NCBI GenBank assembly: GCA_027031495.1
Contig: JALVQA010000001.1
Location: forward strand, 1 to 54,732
Origin: Candidatus Moraniibacteriota bacterium
GTDB taxonomy: Bacteria; Patescibacteriota; Minisyncoccia; Moranbacterales; GCA-2747515
Length of the DNA stretch: 54,732 bases
Reading direction: 5' to 3'
Program-made: the position numbers and the translations under genes
Notes under the pieces: model-generated
What the model saw: the letters and a program-made list of their open reading frames with translations, nothing else
Told to the model about the DNA's origin: nothing
Database searches by the model: none
Shown here: positions 25,958 through 34,744 of the stretch, piece after piece
Position numbering within the stretch: the stretch's first letter is position 1
Layout of the letters: the number at the start of each line of letters is the position of its first letter

Positions 25958-27391
25958 TTAATGCTTACGTACATTATGTGTTATAATCTCCTCCGGCGTG
26001 CTACCTGATGCATAAATGTGTAGTGGCAATGCGTGCCACGCCTCTAAGATCGGCGTAACAAATCGCCACGTTGCCATCACTTCTGCTGTAGATGCAAAGA
26101 GTGTCTGATCACCGCGAATGCAATCAAAGAGAACTTTCTCGTATGCATCCGGTTCGCTAATATTATATGTCTCACGATAGTCAAAACTGAATTGTCGTGG
26201 CTCAATGTCGCCGCCAAGACCGGGTCTCTTAGCAAAAAATGTCATGTCAATACCTTCGTGTGGTTGAATGCGAAATGTGATGATGTTCTGATGCCGGTGT
26301 TCTTTATGTGTATGCGCACAGAAACATGGCACAGCTTCTGCAAAAAACACTTTCACTTCCGTATATTTACACGCAAGTGCTTTGCCACTAGTAATAGTAA
26401 TCGGTACACCACGCCATCGTTGGGCGTTTACTTCAAATGTGATACGGAAAAATGTTTCTGTCTGCGAATCCGGTGCAACACCATCTACATTGCGATAGCC
26501 GTCATACTGTGCACGCACAACATTTTCTGTCAGCGGCAGGCGTATCGCCATGCGCTCGAGAATTGCCGTACGTTCACGTCGGATTGCGGCGGCATCCAAC
26601 GTACCAGGATGGTCCATCATAAGCGTCGCAATGGTCTGTAGCATATGATTTTGACCTACGTCACGCAATGCTCCGATGCCGTCATAAAATGCACCGCGCG
26701 TCCCAACGTCAATTTGCTCGGCAAGGGTCATCTCAATACGTTCAATGTAGCGTGCATTCCACGTCGGCTCAAAAAGTGTGTTAGAAAAGCGAAAGGTTAA
26801 TATGTTTTGGATTGTTTCCTTCGCAAGATAGTGATCAATGCGAAAGATTTGTTCTTCACGAAATAGTCGCCCCAACAGCACATCCAGCTCCGCAGCGGTC
26901 GTGATATTGCTTCCAAACGGCTTTTCAATCAACACGCGCGTCCACCCCGTATCTGATGAGCATGGGATGGTCAAACCACTATGTGCAAGATTTATAAGAA
27001 CGCCTTTGTAATGAACTGGTGCAATAGCAAGGTAAAACAACTTGTTTGTGCATTGCCCGATCGTATCATCAATTGCAATAAGACGTTGTGCAATATCGCG
27101 GTACGCGTGCGCATCTGTAAAATCACCACGCTGATAGTGTATACACGACACAAAGGCTTTCGTATCAACATTGTGACCGTGTTTTTCAGCAATGACATCA
27201 TGTACATATGCACGGAATGCTTCATCTGTATATGTAGACCGCCCAATACCAATTATGCGAAATGTTGTTGGTAAAAAACCTTTTTGGTGCAAATCAAAAA
27301 GTGCCGGCAACAACTTCCGTCGCGACAAATCGCCGGTGATACCGAAGATGACGAAGACTGTTGGCGTATTTATGCTTTTAACTTGTATCAT
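25958..27391 (-). CDS. zwf: Glucose-6-phosphate 1-dehydrogenase
   Basis: FGITGDLSRRKL, EKPFG, RIDHYLAKE, GALRDVGQNH. Confidence 0.98.
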   Translation of the reverse strand: MIQVKSINTPTVFVIFGITGDLSRRKLLPALFDLHQKGFLPTTFRIIGIGRSTYTDEAFRAYVHDVIAEKHGHNVDTKAFVSCIHYQRGDFTDAHAYRDIAQRLIAIDDTIGQCTNKLFYLAIAPVHYKGVLINLAHSGLTIPCSSDTGWTRVLIEKPFGSNITTAAELDVLLGRLFREEQIFRIDHYLAKETIQNILTFRFSNTLFEPTWNARYIERIEMTLAEQIDVGTRGAFYDGIGALRDVGQNHMLQTIATLMMDHPGTLDAAAIRRERTAILERMAIRLPLTENVVRAQYDGYRNVDGVAPDSQTETFFRITFEVNAQRWRGVPITITSGKALACKYTEVKVFFAEAVPCFCAHTHKEHRHQNIITFRIQPHEGIDMTFFAKRPGLGGDIEPRQFSFDYRETYNISEPDAYEKVLFDCIRGDQTLFASTAEVMATWRFVTPILEAWHALPLHIYASGSTPEEIITHNVRKH

Positions 27392-27421
27392 AAATCCCTT
27401 TTATTATCGAGTATCGTCGTA

Positions 27422-28609
27422 CTAAAAATAGCGTCTACTCATTTTTCTTTCGCGCTTCTTTTGCGTTTTGCGCATACCTGCACGCACAGGTCCGATTGCT
27501 TCATCCTCATAATCTTCCCATAAACTAAGTACGCGCTCTGCCGCATATTGCTCTGGTGTCTCTGACGCAAAGACAAAATCGGATAATTTTGCTTCTAGCG
27601 CCTTGCGTAGTTTTGCTGGCGTATTAAGATCTTGTGGAATTTGTTTCATTTCTTGTAGCTTATTCACATACTGCTGTGCCACAGCATGACCACTCTGTAA
27701 AGCACGATCTAGATGCAACGCCATATGAAACGCATCAATACCAATCCATCGTACCGCTTCCGCATTAGCAAATGTTGCAGCGTAGCCACTTTCCTGCCAT
27801 TGCGCCAAAAAACGCAGTGCCTTTGCTAATAATTTTGGCTTGACATAATAGTCGCCTCTTCCACGAAAGCGTTCCTTTCTTTCATAATCTGCTATACGCA
27901 CGATATTACGCACTGTATCAAGAAGACATTGTTGTGTTGCAATCACTTTTTTATCCGTACATAGCACTTCATTAACTGTAAAATCACGTGTATCAAAGTA
28001 ATTTTTCTCCAACTCTTCTACACCATAACCATTTCTATAGTCATCCGGCATATACGTGCGCGCAATCTCTGCACGTTCTTCACTATTGCCAACACCTTTC
28101 TCAACAACGATATCAAGGTCTCGTGGTGGCACCGCTTTCAAACCAAGTGCATACATCAACATTGTGCGTGCGGCCCCGCCTTTATACAAATAGCCTGGTG
28201 GTAGCTTCGGCAGCATCGTTTCTGTTCCTTCTGGCAACTCGAGCACCCAAACATGCGTGTGTTGTGTTTCGCGTAGGCGCTCTGCAACATCTTCACCGCA
28301 ATATGTTGCAACTACTCTCAATACATAAGCGGCATCATCGCATCGCTCATCTAGCGCTTTATCAACGGTGCGTACTCGCACATAAGCAGGGTCCTCAAAA
28401 AAATTATAGTATTTTGTATTTTTTTCCTTCTCTTTAATCCAATCTGCATATTGTTCTTCCAGAACGCGTAGACCTTTGCGCAACTCCTCCTGCACAACAG
28501 CATCTGCTTCATATGCTGCCGTCAACCACTCTAAAAGAAGATCTTCATCAATACGTTGTTCTTGTGACGATGTTCTTCGTGTTTCCCTGTGATGAATATA
28601 CTTTTCCAT
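27422..28609 (-). CDS. Divergent class II (CCA-adding/poly(A) polymerase-like) nucleotidyltransferase
   Basis: YKGGAART...PRDLDIVV (motif A, DxD), TRDFTVNE (motif B), LLDTVRNIVR (motif C-like), KALRF (motif E-like). Confidence 0.7.
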   Translation of the reverse strand: MEKYIHHRETRRTSSQEQRIDEDLLLEWLTAAYEADAVVQEELRKGLRVLEEQYADWIKEKEKNTKYYNFFEDPAYVRVRTVDKALDERCDDAAYVLRVVATYCGEDVAERLRETQHTHVWVLELPEGTETMLPKLPPGYLYKGGAARTMLMYALGLKAVPPRDLDIVVEKGVGNSEERAEIARTYMPDDYRNGYGVEELEKNYFDTRDFTVNEVLCTDKKVIATQQCLLDTVRNIVRIADYERKERFRGRGDYYVKPKLLAKALRFLAQWQESGYAATFANAEAVRWIGIDAFHMALHLDRALQSGHAVAQQYVNKLQEMKQIPQDLNTPAKLRKALEAKLSDFVFASETPEQYAAERVLSLWEDYEDEAIGPVRAGMRKTQKKRERKMSRRYF

Positions 28610-28619
28610 AAACGATATT

Positions 28620-29258
28620 TTATGATGTACATACTGTCTTTTTTTGTAATGCTATCAATGCAGCTACCGGATCTGTAGCGCTACTGATCGCACTGCCAAC
28701 GCCGGCGGCATCGGCGCCGGCCTCACACACGCGCGCAATTGTCTGCGTGTTAACACCGCCGTCTACCGCCACCCACAACGATGGGAGATCACTTTTAAGA
28801 TCACTCACCTTCTCCAACATCTCCGGCATAAAACGTTGTCCCTGCTCACCGGGTTCAACCGTCATAACCTGCACAGCATCAAGTTCGTCAATATATGGCA
28901 AGATTTGCTCTATCGCTGTCTGTGGTGCAATGGAAAGCCCACGTGCAAAATCATATTCACTCATTACATCAAAAACATCCGTCACACTTTCTAACGGTTC
29001 CGGATGAATGTAAACGCGACGCGCACCAACCGCCGCACACGCCTGCAAATACTGCACGGGGTCATCAACCATAAGATGCACTTCTACGTCAAAATCATCA
29101 AGTTCACCGGCAAGTTCAAAAAGATCGAATGTCTCATCCGGTGTCATTGTGCCATCCATAACATCAATCTGCAACCACTGCGCCTTCCCTCTCAGTTGCT
29201 CAATTTCTGCAAGCGCGTCATCACTTGTTTCCGTAAGAATTGCTGGAATAACAATCAT
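28620..29258 (-). CDS. rpe: Ribulose-phosphate 3-epimerase
   Basis: IDVMDG, EVHLMV, VMTVEPGEQGQ, VDGGVN, VGSAI. Confidence 0.93.
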   Translation of the reverse strand: MIVIPAILTETSDDALAEIEQLRGKAQWLQIDVMDGTMTPDETFDLFELAGELDDFDVEVHLMVDDPVQYLQACAAVGARRVYIHPEPLESVTDVFDVMSEYDFARGLSIAPQTAIEQILPYIDELDAVQVMTVEPGEQGQRFMPEMLEKVSDLKSDLPSLWVAVDGGVNTQTIARVCEAGADAAGVGSAISSATDPVAALIALQKKTVCTS

Positions 29259-29263
29259 ATTCT

Positions 29264-29719
29264 TTATGTTTTATGAGTTTTTGTAATCTTTTTCACACGA
29301 CGCACGTGACGTTCTTCTTGTGAATAGCATGTCTCCAAAAATGCACGAACACACGCATTTGCTTCATCGTCTGTCATATAGTCCGCACTGAGACATAACA
29401 TATTGAGATGGTCATGCTGTGTTGCGTCACGTACGTGCGCTGGTGACAATGCCAAACCGGCACGTATACCATCAATCTTATTTGCTGCAATGCAGACACC
29501 AACACCACTACCGCAAATTACAATGCCACGTGCATTAGTATCGATCGCAACACGTCGCGCGACTGCCTGCGCGTAGTCGGGATAGTCATCGTCTGCATCA
29601 TAAACCGATGCACCACAATCAACAACATGGTAGCCATTGCGCACGAGCCATGTTTTGATGTGCTCCTTACGCGCAAAACCACGATGTGCAGCGCCAATGT
29701 AAATCGTTATCTCCGCCAT
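29264..29719 (-). CDS. rpiB: Ribose-5-phosphate isomerase B
   Basis: DDYPDYA, ICGSGVGVCIAANKIDGIRA, RHVRRV. Confidence 0.93.
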   Translation of the reverse strand: MAEITIYIGAAHRGFARKEHIKTWLVRNGYHVVDCGASVYDADDDYPDYAQAVARRVAIDTNARGIVICGSGVGVCIAANKIDGIRAGLALSPAHVRDATQHDHLNMLCLSADYMTDDEANACVRAFLETCYSQEERHVRRVKKITKTHKT

Positions 29720-29727
29720 AATGTACT

Positions 29728-30666
29728 CTACTGTGTACGCACCATATCATACGCTGCAAGCGTTGCTTTGATCGCATCACCCGCCGCAATATTGTTCTGG
29801 CGATAAATTTGCTGCGTCACGTCGCCTGCTGCAAAAATGCCTGGTACACTTGTTGCACCGTTCTTGTAATCTACAATGATATGTCCATAATCATCCGTTG
29901 CAACGAGATCTTTTACTATTTCCGTATTTGGCACAACACCGATCTCAACAAAGACACCTTGCGTTGCAAGCTCCTTCTCTTCACCGGTAACACTATCCTT
30001 GTACTTAAGTCCTGTCACCATCATGTCGCCAATGATCTCTGTTGTCAGTGCATTGTACAATACATCCACTTTCCCGGATGCCATAATACGCTCAAACGTT
30101 ACCGGATCACCTGTGATTTTATCATTGTTACTGATGAGCGTAATATGCTTTGCCCATGGCAAGAGATCTTCCACGGCCTCAAGACCAGAATTGCCAGCAC
30201 CCACAACAGCTGTATCTTTATCGCGAAACATTGGCGCATCACATGTTGAACAGTACACAACGCCACGCCCTTTAAATTTCTCCTCTCCCGGCACGTTGAG
30301 ATGACGATGACGTCCTCCCGTTACCACAAGTACTATTTTGGTTGTGTATACCGTACCATCATCTATCGTAACGGCAAATGTACCGTCATCGTTTGCTACA
30401 ACACCCTCTGCGCGATGCGGATGCATAATTTCTATATCACCTTCCTGCGCGCGAATATGCTTCTCAAGTTTCTCTGCGAGCTCAGTACCTTTTATGGAAA
30501 CTTCACCAATCCAATTTTCTATTGATGCACTCACCGTAGACTGTCCACCAAAGCGATCTGTGATAATCACCGCTTTCATCTGTTTGCGTGCTGCATAAAC
30601 ACCAGCTGCCACCCCACCGGGACCACCGCCAATAATAACGATATCGTACACACCTTGCGTTGTCAT
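29728..30666 (-). CDS. trxB: Thioredoxin reductase / AhpF-like FAD-dependent disulfide reductase
   Basis: IIGGGPGG, YCSTCD (CxxC), VGAGNSG, TSVPGIFAAGD. Confidence 0.88.
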   Translation of the reverse strand: MTTQGVYDIVIIGGGPGGVAAGVYAARKQMKAVIITDRFGGQSTVSASIENWIGEVSIKGTELAEKLEKHIRAQEGDIEIMHPHRAEGVVANDDGTFAVTIDDGTVYTTKIVLVVTGGRHRHLNVPGEEKFKGRGVVYCSTCDAPMFRDKDTAVVGAGNSGLEAVEDLLPWAKHITLISNNDKITGDPVTFERIMASGKVDVLYNALTTEIIGDMMVTGLKYKDSVTGEEKELATQGVFVEIGVVPNTEIVKDLVATDDYGHIIVDYKNGATSVPGIFAAGDVTQQIYRQNNIAAGDAIKATLAAYDMVRTQ

Positions 30667-30751
30667 AATATTTTTTTATTTACTTTTTAGTACCATACTG
30701 ATATAAAGACAGTGATCATACAAAACAGTACAATCACTGCTGTTTATATCA

Positions 30752-30994
30752 CTAGAGACCGAGAAGGCTCGTCAATTTTCCTTGATCGAAACCAACAATC
30801 ACTTCTTCGCTTCCATCTTTCTCAACAACGATTACCGGCACGCCCATTTGTCCGGACTTCTGCACCATCTCTTCAGCTTTTGCTTGATCTGTTGACACAT
30901 CATATGACGTATATGTCACATTATTGTCATCAAGAAATTTCTTTGCCATGTCGCAGTATGGACATGTTGGCGTAGAATATACTGTAACATTCAT
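30752..30994 (-). CDS. Glutaredoxin/NrdH-like redoxin
   Basis: YSTPTCPYC, SGQMGVPVI, IVGFD. Confidence 0.93.
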   Translation of the reverse strand: MNVTVYSTPTCPYCDMAKKFLDDNNVTYTSYDVSTDQAKAEEMVQKSGQMGVPVIVVEKDGSEEVIVGFDQGKLTSLLGL

Positions 30995-31287
30995 ACTTTT
31001 TTATATGAGAGAACGCATCATTTTTTGCAAATGCCACGCACGCTCATTAATAAAACATTTTACACATTGATTATCCTCCACTTTCGCGGAATTGTAAACA
31101 GTATGCACACAGCACACCACTTACTTACATTAGTATACCAAAAATGTGATTCCACGCACATATTCAGGTGATGTAATATAATTGCACTAATACTCTGAGC
31201 AATAAAGATGATGTAGAAAAATATGATACGTTAGATGCAAGGATGAAAACATGGTTTAAAAAACCTACATAACATTATGATAAAATA

Positions 31288-32082
31288 ATGAATGTATATA
31301 TTCACAATAATCACTATTTTATGGCATCACGCAAATATATCACCATCACACTCATTGCCGTCACCATACTAAACTGTGTGACCGTGTGGTTTTTGTGGCG
31401 CATGCCATGGCTCGTATTTGCACTTACATTTACGGGTGGTGCCATACTTCTTCGTCTGTTCCATGATTTTCGCATTATAGCGGTCTATCTCTTAACAGCT
31501 GTTGCAATGACGGCAACAGAAATACTTGCCGTCACCATCGGCATTTGGACTTATACAATGCCAACGTTTTATGGCGTCCCCGTTTTTCTTTTGAGCGTAT
31601 GGGGCAATATTGGCATCATCGCAACAAGTATGTATAAACTCGCGCGCAACATAACACACGAAAAAATGCCACGGGCACGTACACATAACGAACTATACGC
31701 TCAAGTTACATGGTTGTTAATCTTTGGTGGCATATCTCTCTCGGTGCTTGTGTTTGCGTGGCATGACATTGCCCTTGCAACAATACTGCTGATAGGCATC
31801 AAAATTGCACAAATTGTAAAGATGCATCACATGGAGCATAAAGCCGCCACCATACTCTTTCTTAGCACAATTCTCGGTGGCGCGATCGTTGGTGAAATAA
31901 CAAGTGTTGCGCTTGGTGTATGGCATTACAATACTGATACAATTTTTGGTCTACCGCTATTTATTTACTTTTCGTGGGGGAGCACGGGGCTTATTATTGC
32001 AGAGACATATACTATTCTTAGTTCACCTCTCGTAATGCGGTGGTGGCAACGCTCTGCAAAGCATTCATTAATACAGCATTAA
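31288..32082 (+). CDS. Polytopic membrane protein with an internal duplication (DUF2878-like)
   Basis: Two copies of E-x5-6-G-x-W-x-Y-x6-G-x-P-x6-WG; start may be ATG 31321. Confidence 0.75.
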   Translation: MNVYIHNNHYFMASRKYITITLIAVTILNCVTVWFLWRMPWLVFALTFTGGAILLRLFHDFRIIAVYLLTAVAMTATEILAVTIGIWTYTMPTFYGVPVFLLSVWGNIGIIATSMYKLARNITHEKMPRARTHNELYAQVTWLLIFGGISLSVLVFAWHDIALATILLIGIKIAQIVKMHHMEHKAATILFLSTILGGAIVGEITSVALGVWHYNTDTIFGLPLFIYFSWGSTGLIIAETYTILSSPLVMRWWQRSAKHSLIQH

Positions 32083-32085
32083 CCT

Positions 32086-33009
32086 ATGCGTCATCCATAT
32101 ACTCTCACACATATAAAAATAGTTGCTACAAGTGTCCGCATGCCGCAATTTTTCCTTTTTTCGATAGCTTTTACAATCGGTGTCGGCGTTGCGCTTTACG
32201 CTGTTCACAAAACAATCTATATCTACACCGATATCGCGACAATTGCGCCATTATCTTTAATTGGCATAAGCATCGCCTACTTTACATGGACAGCATCGTG
32301 TATAACAAACGATATTTATGACATTGCCATTGATAGTATTACAAACCCTCAACGACCACTCCCACGTCAGATTATTGATATAAAAACGTATCGCACTTTT
32401 GCATTAACTGCCAATTTGATAGCACTTATTCTCGCGTACACTCTTGGCACCACGCCATTTCTTTTGTGCTGTACTTTTATTGCCGTAAATCACATATACA
32501 ATGCACCACCGCTTCGCCTCAAGCGCATACCTTTTATTGCAACACTCCTTGGCGGTTTAAGCATACAAATTATGATATTTATGGGATTCTATGCAACAAT
32601 ACAGCGTTATAATTTTGCTATTACTTACCCCTATACGCTATGGCAAATTATCTTTGCGATTGTAATTTTTAGCTTTATTATTCCGCTCAAGGACATCAAA
32701 GACATTGATAGTGATCGTGCCAATAAAGTCTATACACTTCCAGTACTTTTTGGCACGCGTACGACAATATGGTTTGCAACGCTGGCCATCAGTGCCATTT
32801 TTTATATGCCACTATTCATTTCTCATACCTTTACCTTGCCGGCATTTATAAGTGTTACTATTGTCCTATGTCTTGCACTATACATTATATACAAACTCAC
32901 TACACACCATATTGATGAAAAATATTCTGTTTCGCCGTACAAAGTTCTTGCATGGCTTACCGTGCCGGCATTGCTTTACATCGGTATTCTTCTTGCACTT
33001 TTCCTCTAA
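32086..33009 (+). CDS. UbiA-family prenyltransferase
   Basis: NDIYDIAID..NPQRPLP, YNAPPLRLKR, KDIKDIDSD...TLPVLFG. Confidence 0.92.
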   Translation: MRHPYTLTHIKIVATSVRMPQFFLFSIAFTIGVGVALYAVHKTIYIYTDIATIAPLSLIGISIAYFTWTASCITNDIYDIAIDSITNPQRPLPRQIIDIKTYRTFALTANLIALILAYTLGTTPFLLCCTFIAVNHIYNAPPLRLKRIPFIATLLGGLSIQIMIFMGFYATIQRYNFAITYPYTLWQIIFAIVIFSFIIPLKDIKDIDSDRANKVYTLPVLFGTRTTIWFATLAISAIFYMPLFISHTFTLPAFISVTIVLCLALYIIYKLTTHHIDEKYSVSPYKVLAWLTVPALLYIGILLALFL

Positions 33010-33015
33010 AAACAT

Positions 33016-33759
33016 ATGACTCCTTATTACAAAAACACTTCCAACACAACAGTTATTCTTGTCTCTTTTTTAATGCCGGTGATCGTGCACCTTGTCATAT
33101 GGAATCTGTGGGCGCATGATGCGCTTGCAACACTCATTATTGCCGGAGTAACACTCTGCTACATACTATATTTTCGCAGTGTTAAGATGTTTATTGTTGC
33201 TCTAAGCGTTGGCACACTCGGCACACTACAAGACTATTATTTTATAGCACATAATTTATGGCGTTATAGTAGCGTGCATGGCGCTATAATTCCACTTTAC
33301 GTTCCCGCGCTTTGGGCTGCCGTCGCATGTATGCTTATCAACCTCTTTAAGGCTATCAGCAACGCCACACGGACGCATCCACTCCTTTCTTATTACCGCC
33401 CACGACATGGTCTCGCGCAGTTGGCAGCAACAACACTCGCCCTTTGCAGTGCGTTATTGGCGCTGGCAACACTTTCCCATAATATCCCACTTCTTGCAGG
33501 GTCATTTTTTATCATTGATATTATTTACGTATGGTTTATGCGAAGTGTGCCGCTTGCACTTGTTGGTATCACCGCCTTTGTATTTGGCATGATTGGTGAA
33601 ATTACGGCCGTAAGTATGGGCGCATGGCACTACCCTCATGGCACTTTCATGGGTGTGCCTCCCTACATATTTTTCGGTTGGGATGTCATCGGGACGGTTA
33701 CTGTCGGCACTTATATGGCACTGGACACTATCTTTTCTCAAAACACGCATCACCGCTAG
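33016..33759 (+). CDS. Polytopic membrane protein, paralog of 31288-32082 (DUF2878-like duplication)
   Basis: DYYFIAHNLWRY..IPLYVPALWA and EITAVSMGAWHY..GVPPYIFFGW. Confidence 0.75.
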   Translation: MTPYYKNTSNTTVILVSFLMPVIVHLVIWNLWAHDALATLIIAGVTLCYILYFRSVKMFIVALSVGTLGTLQDYYFIAHNLWRYSSVHGAIIPLYVPALWAAVACMLINLFKAISNATRTHPLLSYYRPRHGLAQLAATTLALCSALLALATLSHNIPLLAGSFFIIDIIYVWFMRSVPLALVGITAFVFGMIGEITAVSMGAWHYPHGTFMGVPPYIFFGWDVIGTVTVGTYMALDTIFSQNTHHR

Positions 33760-33908
33760 CTATACCAATACGCGAATCAGATTGTTCGCCGCATCATAGG
33801 TTTATGAAATATGCATTCACATAGGACATCAAAAAACCATTCACGTACGAGCATTGACGAAATTTGTATTTTGCGCGACAATTGCAACAGTGAACACGTC
33901 ACGTAAAA

Positions 33909-33982
33909 GCACCTGTAGCTCAGTGGATTAGAGCATCTGGCTTCGGACCAGAGGGTCGGGGGTTCGAGTCCCTCCGGGTGCA
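33909..33982 (+). tRNA. tRNA-Arg(UCG), CCA not encoded
   Basis: Acceptor GCACCTG/CGGGTGC, D-arm TAGCTCAGTGGATTAGAGC, anticodon stem TCTGG/CCAGA with loop CT-TCG-GA (33943-33945), T-loop GGTTCGAGTCC; followed by CAA. Confidence 0.96.
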
Positions 33983-34052
33983 CAAGACAGACATCCACCA
34001 TCGCGCATACTTCCAAGGTATGTGCGTTTTCATCAAGGGAATTCTCTTTTTG

Positions 34053-34131
34053 TTGACAAAAAGGTGTGCCGCCATTATACTTAGCATGCGCTATTTCTTC
34101 TAGCGCTTTGCACATTCACAACCGGCAGGAG
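34053..34131 (+). promoter_or_regulatory. Promoter, 5' hairpin, boxA-like motif and SD
   Basis: TTGACA(34053)-N17-TATACT; gcgcta-N7-tagcgc; TGCACATTCACAA (34109-34121); AGGAG (34127-34131). Confidence 0.65.
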
Positions 34132-34138
34132 AACCATC

Positions 34139-34657
34139 ATGTCTGATAAAACCTACATCCCGAACGTTTCACAGGACGAACTTCATAAATGGTATAAAAA
34201 GATCCTTATTGTTATGCATATGCGACCAATGCGGATTACAATAGTCGAAATTGACGAATACGGACGGGCAAAAGCTCTTGAAGAGCGCCAAAGTGATGCA
34301 AAAAAAATGCCAACACGCGATAATACTGGCACGCTCTGTTATATCAAAAAGACGGGACCGAAAAAAATATTTACTTTCATACCGGAGGCTGAGGGGGATG
34401 CTACAGGGCTTGTATGTTTTGAAGAAATCATAACATATCATGAACTTCCCCGTACACAACTTGGAACACTGCCACTATTTGCGCCGACTGCGGAAGAAGT
34501 ACTTGCTCAGATTCCTAACAAGTATATCGACCAGACAGTTGCTTTTGAGGTGCTCTGGCCAAAAGATGACCCGACAGAGATGTCGGATGAGGAGAGGACG
34601 GCATTACAGGACGGCTACCACCGCACGACGACGCGTCTCTACACGCGCGCAAATTAA
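34139..34657 (+). CDS. Hypothetical protein
   Basis: 172-aa ORF with its own promoter, SD and terminator; no family recognised. Confidence 0.8.
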   Translation: MSDKTYIPNVSQDELHKWYKKILIVMHMRPMRITIVEIDEYGRAKALEERQSDAKKMPTRDNTGTLCYIKKTGPKKIFTFIPEAEGDATGLVCFEEIITYHELPRTQLGTLPLFAPTAEEVLAQIPNKYIDQTVAFEVLWPKDDPTEMSDEERTALQDGYHRTTTRLYTRAN

Positions 34658-34679
34658 TGTAACTCTCTCACTTTTTAAC

Positions 34680-34713
34680 ATCCCAGGTAAAGGCTTTTAC
34701 CTGGGATTTTTTT
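34680..34713 (+). terminator. Intrinsic terminator
   Basis: atcccaggtaaa-ggct-tttacctgggat, then a T-run. Confidence 0.85.
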
Positions 34714-34744
34714 ATGATTTCGCACTACACAGAACACGAAATTT

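Noticed and set aside
33777-34115. 112-aa minus-strand ORF
   Set aside because: Antisense to the tRNA and the downstream promoter.
31288-34713. tRNA-anchored genomic island or prophage
   Set aside because: No integrase, phage genes or duplicated tRNA 3' end found.
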